This document shows, in pieces, positions 1 through 11,439 of a stretch of 64,000 nucleotides of DNA (position 1 is the first letter of the stretch; every line of letters begins with the position of its first letter). Source of the DNA: Hemiscyllium ocellatum (taxonomy: Eukaryota); the NCBI RefSeq assembly GCF_020745735.1, contig NC_083409.1, forward strand, positions 10,281,534 to 10,345,533, read 5' to 3'. Under the pieces are notes generated by a model. The model saw nothing but the letters and a program-made list of their open reading frames with translations. It was not told the DNA's origin and did not search any database. A program made the translations under genes and the position numbers.

Positions 1-120
1 ATGTGCAGGTTAGCTGGATTGGCCATCGAAGTGTAGGGTTAGGAGAGAGGGCTGGTTCTGGGTGAAATGCTGCTTGTACTTGATGGGCTGAATGGCCTTC
101 TTCCATACCGTAGGGATTCT
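1..120 (+). mobile_element. 3' part of HE1/V-SINE-like tRNA-derived SINE
   Basis: gtgcaggttagctggattggcc...gatgggctgaatggcc matches the 3' half of the SINE copies at 2075 and 19205. Confidence 0.6.
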
Positions 121-124
121 ATGA

Positions 125-300
125 TTCTGTGTTGCTATGGGTCTGGAGTCATATGTCAGTCAGGATGGGCAAGGACAGCAATCTGATGGACATTAGTGGG
201 CCCGATGGGGTTCTCCCCCAACAATGGTCGTCATTAGACTCTTAACTCCAGAGTCTTTTTGGATTTAAAATTCCACTCCATACATTGCCAGGATTTAGAT
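125..300 (-). mobile_element. Second tRNA-related SINE family, fragment
   Basis: gtgggtctggagtcacatg...cattagactcttaa motif shared with 3730, 6140 and 13955. Confidence 0.5.
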
Positions 301-608
301 TAGATTCCCTGCAGTATGTAAACAGGCCCTTCCATTGAACAAGTCCACACCGACCCTCCGAAGAGTAACCCACCCACACTCATTCCCCATATTTACCCCT
401 GACTATGGGCAATTTAGCGTGACCAATTCACCTAACCTGCACATCTTTGGACTGTGGGAGGAGACCGGAACACCCGGAGGAAACCCATGCAGACACAGGG
501 AGAATGTGCAAACTCCATAAAAGGCAGTCACCTGAGGCTAAAGTCGAACCTGGGATTCTGGTGCTGTGAGGCAGCAGTGCTAACCACTGTACCACCGTGC
601 TGCCCCAC
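300..608 (-). mobile_element. HE1/V-SINE-like tRNA-derived SINE
   Basis: Reverse strand reads ggtacagtggttagcactgctgcctcacagc (A box), ggttcgac (B box), then the conserved core and an (AATCT)n-like tail. Confidence 0.85.
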
Positions 609-664
609 GGTGATCCCAGATCCCTCAGAACATTACTTGGCTCTTGTGATTAAGAATCTAGTTC

Positions 665-1530
665 AAAGTTTGTGAGAAGATTTGTAGCTCGGGTGCTTGT
701 TGTTGTGGTTCTGTTCGCCGAGCTGGGAGTTTTTGTTGCAAACGTTTCGTCCCCTTTCTAGGCAACATCTTCAGTGCTTGGGAGCCTCCTGTGAAGCGCT
801 TCTGTGCTGATTCCTCCGGCATTTATACTGGTTTGAATCTGCCGCTTCCGGTTGTCAGTTGCTGTTCGCTGCAGTGGCCGGTATATAGGGTTTAGGTCGA
901 TGTGTCTGTTGATAGAATTTGTGGAGGAGTGCCATGCCTCTAGGAATTCCCTGGCTGTTCTCTGTTTGGCCTGCCCTATAATAGTGGTGTTGTCCCAATC
1001 AAATTCATGTTGTTTGTCATCTGAGTGTATGGCTACTAGGGATAGCTGGTCGTGTCGTTTCGTGGCTAGTTGGTGTTCATGAATGCGGGTTGTTAGCTGT
1101 CTTCTTGTTTGTCCTATGTAGTGTTTTGTGCAGTCCTTGCATGGGATTTTGTACACTACGTTGGTTTTGCTCATGCTGGGTATCGGGTCCTTTGTCCTGG
1201 TGAGTTGTTGTCTGAGAGTGGCTGTTCGTTTGTGTGCTCTTTTGAGTCCTAGTGGTCGCAGCAGTCTGGTTGTCAGTTCAGAAATGCTCCTGATGTATGG
1301 GAGTGTGGCCAGTCCTTTGGGTTGTGGCATGTCCTCATTTCATTGTCTTTCCCTTAGGCATCTGTTGATGAAATTGCGCAGGTATCTGATTTTGGTGAAT
1401 ACCTTGTATGGGTGTTCTTCTTCCTCTTTTTGTAGTTCTGGTGTGCTGCAGTGTGTTGTGGCCCTTTTGAATAATGTCCTGATGCAACTTCGTTTGTGTG
1501 TGTTGGGGTGGTTGCTTTCATAGTTCCTGT
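665..1530 (-). mobile_element. Penelope-like retroelement, 5'-truncated (RT thumb plus GIY-YIG endonuclease)
   Basis: ORF 758-1330: NVVYKIPC..C...YIGQT.R.L..RI.EH...AREFLEAWH (GIY-YIG). Upstream frame has NHP..HKRSCIRTLFKRA. Confidence 0.9.
738..777 (-). ncRNA. Minimal type I hammerhead ribozyme motif overlapping the Penelope ORF stop
   Basis: GCA-CUGAAGA-U-GUUGCC uagaaa GGGGAC-GAAA-CG-UU-UGC. Core intact, stem I GCA/UGC, stem II has one mismatch, stem III is the palindrome ACGU. Confidence 0.65.
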
Positions 1531-1624
1531 ACCAATAAAGCTGTGCCACCCCACTTGATTCTGGGCAATAAATGCTGACATAGCAAGTGACGCCCAATCC
1601 AGTAAATGAATTAAGAAAAGATCA

Positions 1625-2070
1625 GTCAAGTTCTGGATAGGACTGTGATGGGTTACTCCCCACTTGCCTGGATGGGTGCTGCTCCAAAAATGATCAAGAA
1701 GCTTGATATCTTCCAGTACAAAGCAGCCTGCTTGATTGGCACCACATCAATAAACATAAACTCCCTCCACCACTGATGCTCAGTAACAGCGGTGTGCACC
1801 ATCTACAAGATGCACTGCAGGAATTCACACCAAGTCTCTTGAGACAGCACTTTCCAAACCCACATCATTTCCATGTAGAAGGACACAAAACACGACCAAA
1901 AACAAGTTCCCCTCCAATCCACATAGAATCTTGATTTGAAAATGTATTACCGTTCCTCCAGTGTCGCTGGATTAAAATCCTGAAATTCCTTCACGAAGAG
2001 CATTGTGGGTGTATCTACAGCACATGGACTGCAGTGGTTCAAGAAGGCGGCTCACCACCACCTTGCAAAG
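1625..2070 (+). mobile_element. Non-LTR retrotransposon 3' end (non-CR1 clade, unresolved)
   Basis: Translates to YSPLAWMGAAP...KKLDIFQYKAACLIG...SLHH.CSV..VCTIYKMHC; the same family appears reversed near 52700-53200. Confidence 0.6.
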
Positions 2071-2074
2071 GGTA

Positions 2075-2405
2075 GGATTGTGGCTCAGTGGTCAGTGCTG
2101 CTACCTCACAGCACCAGGGACTTGGGTTCAATTTCACCCTGGGATGACTGTCTGTGTGGAGGTTGCACATTTTCCCCATGCCTGTGTGGGTTTCTTCCAC
2201 ACAGTCCATAGATATGTTGGTTAGGTGGATTAGCTATGCCAAATTGCACATAGTGTCGAAGGATGTGTTGGCTGGGTGGGTTGGCCATAGGAAATGCTGC
2301 AGTACAGGAATGGAGTCAGTCCAGATGGGATGCTGTTTGGTGGGTTGGTGTAGATTTGATGGGCTGAATGACCAACTTCTACACTGTATGATGATTCCAT
2401 GATTC
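2075..2405 (+). mobile_element. HE1/V-SINE-like SINE
   Basis: gtggctcagtggtcagtgctgctacctcacagcaccagggacttgggttcaatt A/B boxes plus core. Confidence 0.85.
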
Positions 2406-3989
2406 ACAAGACAACACAGAATGTGTAATAAACGCTGGCCCAGATAGCAACACCGATGTCCTCAGAGTGAGTTTTAAACAAAAAGACCATCCTCACTGCT
2501 TACTATTCCATCAGTCTTTGTGTCAATGTGGAACTGATTCTCATTATTACATACAGTAAGTAGTTAAGGCCTCACCACAGATTCCTTGTGGAACACCACA
2601 TGTCACTTTCTTTCCCTGTTGTCTGTCACTAAACCAGCCTCCAAACCAAGTCAAACATTCATCTTCAATCCCATGGGTTTTAATTTTGATCAGCAGACTG
2701 TTTTGCGGGAAATTATCAAGTACTTCTGAACTTGCTGGCCTATCGACTATTTAGTTTATGCATTTGGTTCATTAGTCAGAACCTACCCATCACAAATCTA
2801 TGGGGGCTATTTCCAATTCTCTACATGTTCATTCTCTCGGCTGTTAATTATAGATTCCAATGAAACCCTCAAAAGAGATGTTAGATTGACCAGGATAAAA
2901 TTTCCTTGGTTCCCGCTCTCATCTTTCTTGAACCCATGAAGTTACAGCAAGACATTTTCCAAATTAAAGGAATGGTTGCTGCTTTGGAACCTAACGGGAA
3001 AAGCCTCTGAAACTTCTCCCCCCCTCCCCCTCCCTTTAAACCCCTGAGGTCCTGAAGATCTGTCAGCCTTTAGAGCTGCTCGCTTTCCAATGCTGTTTTC
3101 TGGCATGTATCAAGTTTTGCAAATTCCAGTCTTCAATTGTGGCAGGACCTCCCTGGCAAGGAAGCTGCATTATCCCGTTCCTTGACTGTGAAGACTGACA
3201 TAACTAATTATTGTAAATATCAGCCATTCCCTGAGTCTCATTCATGGAATTCCCAGATTGTTTTTAAAGGGCTCACATTGCACCGGAGCCCCATGATTTT
3301 CTAATTTTTGTGTAAAACATTTGTGTTATTCTTGTGACCCCTTGCAGGTCTCTTTCTCAATCACTTTTCTGTAACTCTTGCTTCCTTTTTGTCTTCCTTT
3401 GCAGTTCTTCATATCTTCCTTCAGTTGCCTGAATTCTCGATGATATTCCCACATTCGAGTGTTCTCGCCTTCAGTTTTCTGTTTTCTCTCACTTATTTTA
3501 TCAGCGACGATGTGCTAACAAGTGGGGACCTGCTCCATACTGAGCTGAATACATTGTTAACCATCTCCCCATCTCATTGGGAGTCTGATCTGACAATTGT
3601 GGCTGACACCAATCTCTGCTGCATTCTGTTTTCTGGGAGGTGGGTGTCACTGGCATCGATCAGCATTTGTTACCCAAGACTAATTGCCCTTGAACTGCTG
3701 GCCTTGCTGTGGCCTCTCAGAAGGCACCTTAGAGTTAACCAGATTGCTGTGGGGCTGGAGTCACATGAGGTCCAGACTGGGTAAGGCTGAGGCTGGACAG
3801 CATTCAGGGATCATTATCGTGGTCACCATTAATGAGGCTTGCTTTGTGATTTGAATTCAAATTCCAGCATTTGTCACTGGAGGAGATAGTACAGTTCGAT
3901 AGATTGTGGCAGGACCTCTGTTTTTTATCTCACTGAAAGACAACAGCTCCCTCAGTTTGCAGTGTCAGCCTTGACTGTGTGCTCAACAT

Positions 3990-4490
3990 AGGAATTAGGA
4001 GCAGGAGGAGGCAATTCAGCCCTTCGATCCCTCTCCGCCATTTAACATGACTGTGGCTGATCTTATCCTGGTCTCAACTCCACTCTCCTGCCTGCTCCCC
4101 ATCGCTCTTTATCTCACTTTTCATCAGAAACACATCGTTCTTGAGCCTGTTGATTGATTCTGCCTCCACTGCACTCTGGGGCATTGAGTTTCACAGATTC
4201 ACAACCCTCTGGGAGAAGTAGTTTCTCCTCATCTCAGTTCTGAACCTACAGCCTCTCACTCCATATCGATGACCTCTTGTTCCAGACTGTCCCACAAGGG
4301 GGAGCATCTATTCAACGTCCTCCTTATCAATCCTCTTTCACATTTTCTATCCCTCCACCAGATCCCTCCTCATTCTTTTGAACTCCAGTGAGTACAAGCC
4401 CAAGCTCTTTAACTGCACCTCATGGGACAGCCCTTTCATCCCTGGGATCAGTCTGGGGAACATGCTCTGAACAGCCTCCAGTGCTGAAGG
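3990..4490 (-). mobile_element. CR1-type LINE 3' end
   Basis: Reverse strand encodes the RT C-terminus and CR1 3' UTR (ttctcccagagggttgtg...ggcagagtg...gggctgaattgcctcctcctgctcc). Confidence 0.75.
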
Positions 4491-5039
4491 ACTCTATGAT
4501 CAAAATAGACTCCCCAAAGCTTATGAGACAGAGGTGACAGTGCTCCCACTGACCAGGTTCTAGTTTGTACAGGGCTCTGCTCTCAGCTGGATGGTTGGGA
4601 GTTGGAGCTGATTGTAAGCTGTATATTGGAGAGGGGTAAGCAATCTTTCTGATCAAAGCCTCCAGAAATGTGAAGGGGTAATTTATGAGCAATTCAGAGC
4701 AATGATCTACTCAGTTATTTTGACTCCTGGGGCCTGCTGAGTACTAAACCTCAGCATTTAGGGATTGCTGAGAAATATCTTCATTGACTTGGACATTAAT
4801 TGTACTTTTCAGGTTCCACAGTTTAATGAAGAGCCCAGAAGATTATAGCTTTGGGTTATTTCCCGATCTCATTGTTGCTGTCTACAAGGCTGTGAAGGAC
4901 ACAGAGTGGAAGAAGTACTTTCCAAAAAAATAGGGGCTGCTCCTGTCTTCAAAGGGTTGCCATCTCTTGAGTGGATATGACACAGAACCACATGCTTCAG
5001 GGCTAGAATGGAAAGAAGGAACTTGCATTTGTAACACAG

Positions 5040-5352
5040 AATCCCTATAGTGTGGAAGTCGGCCATTCAGCCCATTGACTCCATACCTCCCCTCCGAAGG
5101 TCATTCTATCTCGACCCCTATCCTATCTCTGTATGTTCCAATGGCTACTCCACCAAGCCTGCACATTGCTGTACACTCTGGGCAATTTAGCATGGCCAAT
5201 TTATCGAGACTGCAGATCTTTAGACTGTGGGAGGAAACCAGAGCACCCAGGGAAAGTCCACGCAGACACAGGGAGAATGTGCAGACTCCACACAAACCCA
5301 CCTGAGGCAGTTCCCTGGCACAGTGAGGCAGCAGTGCTAACCACTGAGCCAT
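5040..5352 (-). mobile_element. HE1/V-SINE-like SINE
   Basis: ORF 5101-5391 SAMAQWLALLPHC... is the typical translation of the SINE head; core follows. Confidence 0.85.
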
Positions 5353-5589
5353 CGCGCTGCCTATTATTGCTTGCTGTAATGTCTGTTTCATGACTTGTAA
5401 TTTATTTTATTGTTTTAAATAAACCAACTCACAGAGTTAATGGATTGATTATGGGACCATTATCTTTCACCTCACAGTGAAAGGCTGGAGCAAACACTGT
5501 GCCGATGAGGCCTATTGCACAAGCAGCTTAATCTGCAGGTAGAAAATACGAGTGGCAGTCTTTGCTTGTGCGAAGGTGTGTGAGGCAAC

Positions 5590-6055
5590 ATATGGGCAAG
5601 GAACAAAAGTAGGCCACTCGGCCCTTTGAACCTGCTCCCCTATTCAATAAGATCGTAGTTGATCTGGTTTTAACATCAACTCTACATTCTCCGATAATGT
5701 ACCATCCCTTCAGTCATGAAGAATCTATCTACCTCTTCCTAGGGTAAATATAGGGTCGGGAAATCGGTCTGGATTAGTTACTCTTCGGAGGGTTTGTGTG
5801 GACTTGTTGGGCTGAAGGGCCTGTTTCCACACTGGATGGGTTCTCAATTCTGCATCCACTGCCTTTTAAGGAAGGGAATTCCAAAGACTGACAAGTCTGA
5901 GAGGAAAAACGTGTTTCTGAATCTCTGTTTTGATTGGACTCTCCCTTAATTTTAAACTGTGATCCCTAGTTCTGGATTCTCCCACAAGAGGAAACATCCT
6001 TTCCACATCCACCCGGTCAAGGCCCCTCAGGATCTTGCTTGTTTCAATGAAGCCT
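5590..6055 (-). mobile_element. CR1-type LINE 3' end
   Basis: GLDRVDVERMFPLVGESRTRDHSLK...VSLWNSLP. Confidence 0.8.
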
Positions 6056-6139
6056 TGCATTCAGTTTCTCCTCACAACACACCATAATGCTCTATGAGCT
6101 TTCCCGATGACTTGCTGTACCTACAAACTAACCTTCTGT

Positions 6140-6450
6140 GATTAATGCACAGAGACCCAGATATGGTTCTGGGGACACAGGCTCAAATCCCACCATGGCA
6201 GACGGGGGAATTTAAATTCAATTAAAAAGTCTGCAATTAAGAATCTAACAATGACCATGAATCCCTGTTGTTTGTCAGGAAAACCCATCTGGTTTACTAA
6301 CGTCCTTTAGGGAAGGAACTGCCATCCTTCCCTGGTCTGGCCTACATGAGAATCCAATCCCACAGCAATGTGGATGACTGTTAACTGCCCTCTGGGGCAA
6401 TTAGGGGTGGGCAATAAATGCTGTCCTAGTCAGTGACACCCTCATCCAGT
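6140..6450 (+). mobile_element. Second tRNA-related SINE family
   Basis: ggttctggggacacaggctcaaatcccaccatggcag (B-box-like) followed by the family body. Confidence 0.6.
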
Positions 6451-6769
6451 CAATGAATGAAAAAGAAAAATCTGACTATAATAATCGACGAGGATTAAAG
6501 TCATTTGTAATGAATGAGCAGCCTTTGTTACAGGCCCTCATTATCCCCTGATTTATTCTCTTTCCCACCATAAAGCTACTGTTAGGAAGCATGGAGACTA
6601 TTCCCACCAGCTCTTGGATCTCTTCCCTATTTGTGCTGCTTTCCAGAACACAAGCATCTTCCTGCTCCAGCCTCCATTCCTCACCCTCACACTGTTCTCC
6701 CTCTCTCCACTCCTGACCTCTCACACTGTTCTGCAGCCTCCGCTCCTCACCCAGACCTGTTTAAGACCA

Positions 6770-7010
6770 GGGGTCATAAGATTAAGGAGAAAGTATGTTT
6801 TGACCCAGTGTGTGGTAGCTATGTGGAACATGCTGCCTGAGAGGGTGGTGCAGGCTGAAAATCTCACAACCTTTAAAATACATTTGGAAGAGCACTTTTA
6901 TTTCCAGGAGACAGTAGGCTCCAGACAACTGCGAGTAAATGGGATTAGTGTAGTTTAGTGTGTGGTGGTTGGCATAGACTTGGTGGGCCGAAGGGCCTAT
7001 TTCTGTGCTG
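6770..7010 (+). mobile_element. CR1-type LINE 3' end
   Basis: TRGHKIK...TQCVVAMWNMLPERVV motif and tail. Confidence 0.7.
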
Positions 7011-7364
7011 TGTGACTCTCGAACCTGGCTCCCTGGCTCTGTGAGGCAGCAGTGCTGTGTCGCCCATATTGAGGGAGGCACACAACAAAATCAGCTCAAG
7101 GGATTCCTGTTTTTGAAAGCCCCACCGCCACATCACCCAGTTAGCAAATTAAAACAAAGGATGGGTTATAAGCACAGCTCCCTGCCGGGGTGGTGAAGGG
7201 GAGGTGTGGTCACTGGTCAGATAACAAAGACATAGGAAGAGAGGGAGTGGACCCAATTAAAATGGAAGGGGAGTGGTGTGGGGGGTATCTGTGAATGGAT
7301 ACTTACCCATCTGACAGAGTGCCCTCCACCTGGCAATCTATTTTACGCAATGTAGAAACATAGA

Positions 7365-7825
7365 GGATAGGAGCAGGAGTAGGCCATCGGCCCCTCCAGC
7401 CTGCTCTGCCTCTCAATATGATTGTGGCTGATCATGGAGCACATTACTGTAATCCCTCCCTACCCCGTATGCCTTGGTTCCTTCGCCACAAGAGCTGTCT
7501 CTACCTCCTTCTTGAAAACATAATGTTTTGGCCTCAACCACTTTCTGTGACAGAGAATTCCACAGGCTCACCACTCTCTGGGTGAAGACATTTTTCCTCA
7601 TCTCTGTCCTATAGAGTTTACCTCTTAACCTTAAACTATGAACCTGGTTCTGGACTTCCCCACCATTGGGAACATCCTTACTCCATTTGACTTGTCTCAC
7701 ATCCTGTTCCAATTTTACAGCTGTCTCCAAGATTCCCTTCCTTCATCCTTCTAACCTCCAGTGAACACAATCCTCACCAACTCAACCTCTTCTTATACGT
7801 CAGTCCTGCCATCACAGAAATCAAA
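7365..7825 (-). mobile_element. CR1-type LINE 3' end
   Basis: HSLRLRGKLYRTEMRKNVFTQRVVSLWNSL. Confidence 0.8.
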
Positions 7826-8404
7826 TAGCATTCAGTCATTAATATTACTCAGCCCATTGTGGAATGTCGTGGAAATTAAATTGACTCGACTTAGCTATTA
7901 GCAAGAGCAACCAAAAAGAGCTTTATTAATTTTTTTTAACCTCTGCATTGCAGGGGGACCACATGCACTTGACAAAAATGCCTTGTGCAAGGGGCCTGAG
8001 CATAATTCAGATATTCTCCTTATCCTGTTTCTTATCACACTCTCAAGGACAAAGACTGTGAAGATTTGAGTTGTTATTCTTTTCATTCCCTTGTTGTGGA
8101 CAGACTGTTCTTATATTTTTCTCTTGTTGAATATTTACAAAGTTCCTCAGAGAGAAGCTGTCCCTCGACTGCATACTTCAGCAAAGTGTCAGAGAGTTTT
8201 AATTTTGGTCAAGCACTGTCTTTCAGGTTTCAGAGTAAATGGATTTCAGAGTAAATGTTAATTTTGTTAATTTTCCATTACATGGAACACAGGCTTTGTA
8301 GGTCAGAGTTAGAAGACAATCATTGCCAGTTCTAGAATTCGGGCTTCAGGTGCAGTAATCTCAATGGAATCATTGGATACTATTTTACAGCAGCAGAAAG
8401 ATGG

Positions 8405-8615
8405 GAGGTGTAGATGGAGGGTGCAGACAGCAGTGTAGACAGTGGGTGTAGATGGTGGGTGCAAACAGAGGGACTAGACAGTGGCTGTGGATACTGGGTG
8501 CAGATAGTGGGTACAGACGGTGGTGCAGACCGAGGGTGCAGATGGTGGGAGCAGATGGTGTTGTAGACAGAAGGTCCAAACGGTAGTTGCAGATGGTGGT
8601 GTAGACAGTAGTGTA
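8405..8615. repeat. Degenerate G-rich minisatellite, 12-14 bp unit (TGGGTGCAGAYRG-like)
   Basis: About 14 diverged units such as gggtgcagac, gggtgtagat, ggtgcagata, ggtacagacg. Confidence 0.75.
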
Positions 8616-9244
8616 GACAAGAGCAATATCTTGCGTTGTGACCACATTGGTGGCTGTGTGGAATCACACAGAGAGCAGCCAGTGAGCCTGACACAGTCAG
8701 GGACACCCCCTGGTGCTGAAGATCATGCTGTTACCGACAAAGGTTGCATTTCAACTGAAACTGCACTTCCTCCCTACACACTCCCCTCTTGTCACCACAT
8801 GCCTCACAACAATCCCTGGAGATGCCAGGCAGCACCCTGTGCTCTCGCTCAGTCTCCAATGACCTTGACCCTCCTCCCAAGCACTTACTTGGGCCTTCAC
8901 TGAAGGTTGAGCCATTTCCTCTGACCCTTGATCATTGATTTGCCATCTTGGAACTGTCTAATATAGTCACCATTAACCTGTACCACCCTCTCAGCTTGGA
9001 GCGTAGATTGATACAGCACAGAAAAGGCCCTTTGGCCCATTGAGTCTGCCCTGGCATAACTACTGCTAAAGGGACTCTAATCCCAAGTTCCTGCACTTAT
9101 CCCAAATCCTTGCATGTTATGATATTTAAATGTTGTAAGGTTTCAAGCCTTCACTACCTTCCCTGGCAGAGGGTTGTGTGTTTATAATTCATATCACGTC
9201 AGGCTCAAAGAGTTTAATAAAAGCTCCTGTTCTTTCATGTACAG

Positions 9245-9580
9245 TATGGTGGCTCAGTGGTTAGCACTACTGCCTCACAGCACCAAGGACCTGGGTTCGA
9301 TTCCAGTCTGAGGTGACTGTCTTTGTGGAGTTTGCACGCTCCCCCTGTGTCTGTGTGGGTTTCCTCCGTGTGCTCCAGTTCCCTCCCACAATCCAAAGAT
9401 GAGCAGGTTATGTGAATTGGCCATTCTAAAATTGCCACAGTGATCAAGAATCTGTCAGTCAGGGGAATTGTTGAGTAAAAGGGTAGGGGAATGAGTCTCA
9501 GGGAGTCTGTCTTCAGAGGGTTGGTGTTGGCTTGTTGGGCCAAATGGCCTGTTTCCACACTGTGGAGTCTGTGACAGTCC
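9245..9580 (+). mobile_element. HE1/V-SINE-like SINE
   Basis: ggtggctcagtggttagcactactgcctcacagcaccaaggacctgggttcgattcc. Confidence 0.85.
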
Positions 9581-9689
9581 ATTCCAGATTCCCATCACCC
9601 AGAATGAACATCTTATTTCCCAAATCTCATTTGTGATGTTCATAATGAAACCATTCATTTTATCTTGTCTCGTTTAGCTCTTGTGCTCC

Positions 9690-10065
9690 TTGTTCAATAA
9701 ATGTTTTTTTTTCAATAAAATATAAGTTCCTTGATGGGCTGTTAACCTTGTCCAATCAGGGAGCCCCGGCTGACAGATAAAAAGGGGAGTGTCAGAAGGA
9801 CTGATACTCTGGGACCTGACTCTGAATAACAACCTGCCAACCAACCCCCTCCTTCTGTCACCCTCAACCTCCCCATGCTTACTCTTGATGCCCCTTTGAC
9901 CCAGCCTGTTGCTGCCTTTGGGAGAGGTTGGCCTTCCTTCCATTCCTAATGAAGAGCTTATGCCAAAAGCATTGATTATCCTGCTCCTCAGATGCTGCCT
10001 GACCGGCTGCGGTTTCCCATCAACACACTCTTGACCCTGATCTCCACCATCTGCAGTCTTCACTT
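9690..10065 (+). mobile_element. Penelope-derived 3' fragment with a decayed hammerhead motif (about 9942-9976)
   Basis: attcCTAATGAaGAGCttatGCCAAAAGcattgatt followed by the family tail cctgctcctcagatgctgcctgacc. Confidence 0.55.
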
Positions 10066-10559
10066 TCTCCTTCCCTCCAGCACCAGGAAAGTGGACATCA
10101 TCCCAGAGGAGCATCGTCCCACTTGCTCATTACAGACAGAGATGACTGGTGGTGTGTTTAACCTGAAGGTCACCACAGCTGAGGCAGGGGGAGTGAAGGT
10201 GGCACCTTCATGGTGGTAGCACCCTTCATTAATCCACTGCAATCCCTCTTGGGGCTGCAAGAATTCAACCTCACTCACTGCTCTCCTCCCTGTAAGGTAA
10301 TATTACTGCATCTAGTTTAGAGCTTATTGACCATTGAAATACGACTATGGCTAGTCAGCATTGGCTGAGCAGACAGCCACTACTGCAATGATTCCAGCTC
10401 CAGAAAATCCCCTTGTAATTGGGAGCACATTAGGGAGCACAGTGTGCACTGCCTCTGAAATCCCTCCCTTACTGAGAATATACTCTCAGTATTCACCTTT
10501 CTCAGCTGCCATCTCAATTTCACTGTAAATTCTGTGAACTATGATCCTGCCCCATTAGC

Positions 10560-10650
10560 TGCCTGATGAAGGAGCAATGCTCCGAAAGCTTGTACTTCCA
10601 AAGAAACCTGTTGGACTATAACCTGGTGTTGTGTGATTTTTAACCTTGGC
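10560..10650 (+). mobile_element. Short Penelope-derived element beginning with an intact minimal hammerhead (10560-10594)
   Basis: UGC-CUGAUGA-A-GGAGC aau GCUCC-GAAA-GC-UU-GUA, then tail aaacctgttggactataacctggtgttgtgtgatttttaac. Confidence 0.7.
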
Positions 10651-10827
10651 CACCTCAATGAGCTGCCATCTCAGACTGAGGTGTTTTTCTTTCGAGATTT
10701 GACAACATTAAAGCCTAATCTTCAATCCCCATCACAAAGGCCATTCTCCCCCCATCACTCAGAGACAAATACCTCAGAGACACCGACAGGCAGCACAGAG
10801 TAACATACTCACACTCATTGAGATACA

Positions 10828-11055
10828 GAGTTAAAAATCACACAACACCAGGTTATAGTCCAATAGGATTAATTGGAAGCACACTCGCTTTCGGAGCGCC
10901 ACTTCATCATCAGGTGGTTGTGGAGGACACTCCCTTGATGAAGGAGCGGCGCTCCGAAAGCTAGTGTGCTTCCAATTAATCCTATTGGACTATAACCTGG
11001 TGTTGTGTGATTTTTAACTTTGTACACCCCAGTCCAACACCAGCATCTCCAAATC
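10828..11055. mobile_element. Inverted (fold-back) pair of hammerhead-bearing Penelope tails
   Basis: 10830-10916 is the reverse complement of 10935-11020; both arms carry tccgaaagc.agtgtgcttccaattaatcctattggac. Confidence 0.8.
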
Positions 11056-11092
11056 ATTGCACTGCCTACAGCCAGTGCAGAATAACACAGAT

Positions 11093-11123
<31 letters not shown>

Positions 11124-11439
11124 GACACCTACAGGCAACACTGAGTAACACACACAGAGAGTCAGGCAGCACTGAGTAACATGCTCCATGCTGCCTGTAG
11201 GTGTCTCTCTGAATAACACACCCACACTCAGAGTGACACCTACAGGCAGCATTATGTAGTACACTCACACTCAGAGGGACACGCAGCCTGCACTGTCAGT
11301 GATTGACCTAAGATCACTTCAGGGACAACACAGGATGCAGCAAAGAGTGCAGAGTGCAATCCCAGCACCTGAGCCTGGACCACAGAGTGAAGAGGGAATG
11401 CCTAAGATTGTAATTATTGAGTCCTAACAGCTTTCTGTT

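Noticed and set aside
2075-2140. tRNA-like A/B boxes in SINE heads
   Set aside because: Parts of tRNA-derived SINEs; no complete cloverleaf was evident.
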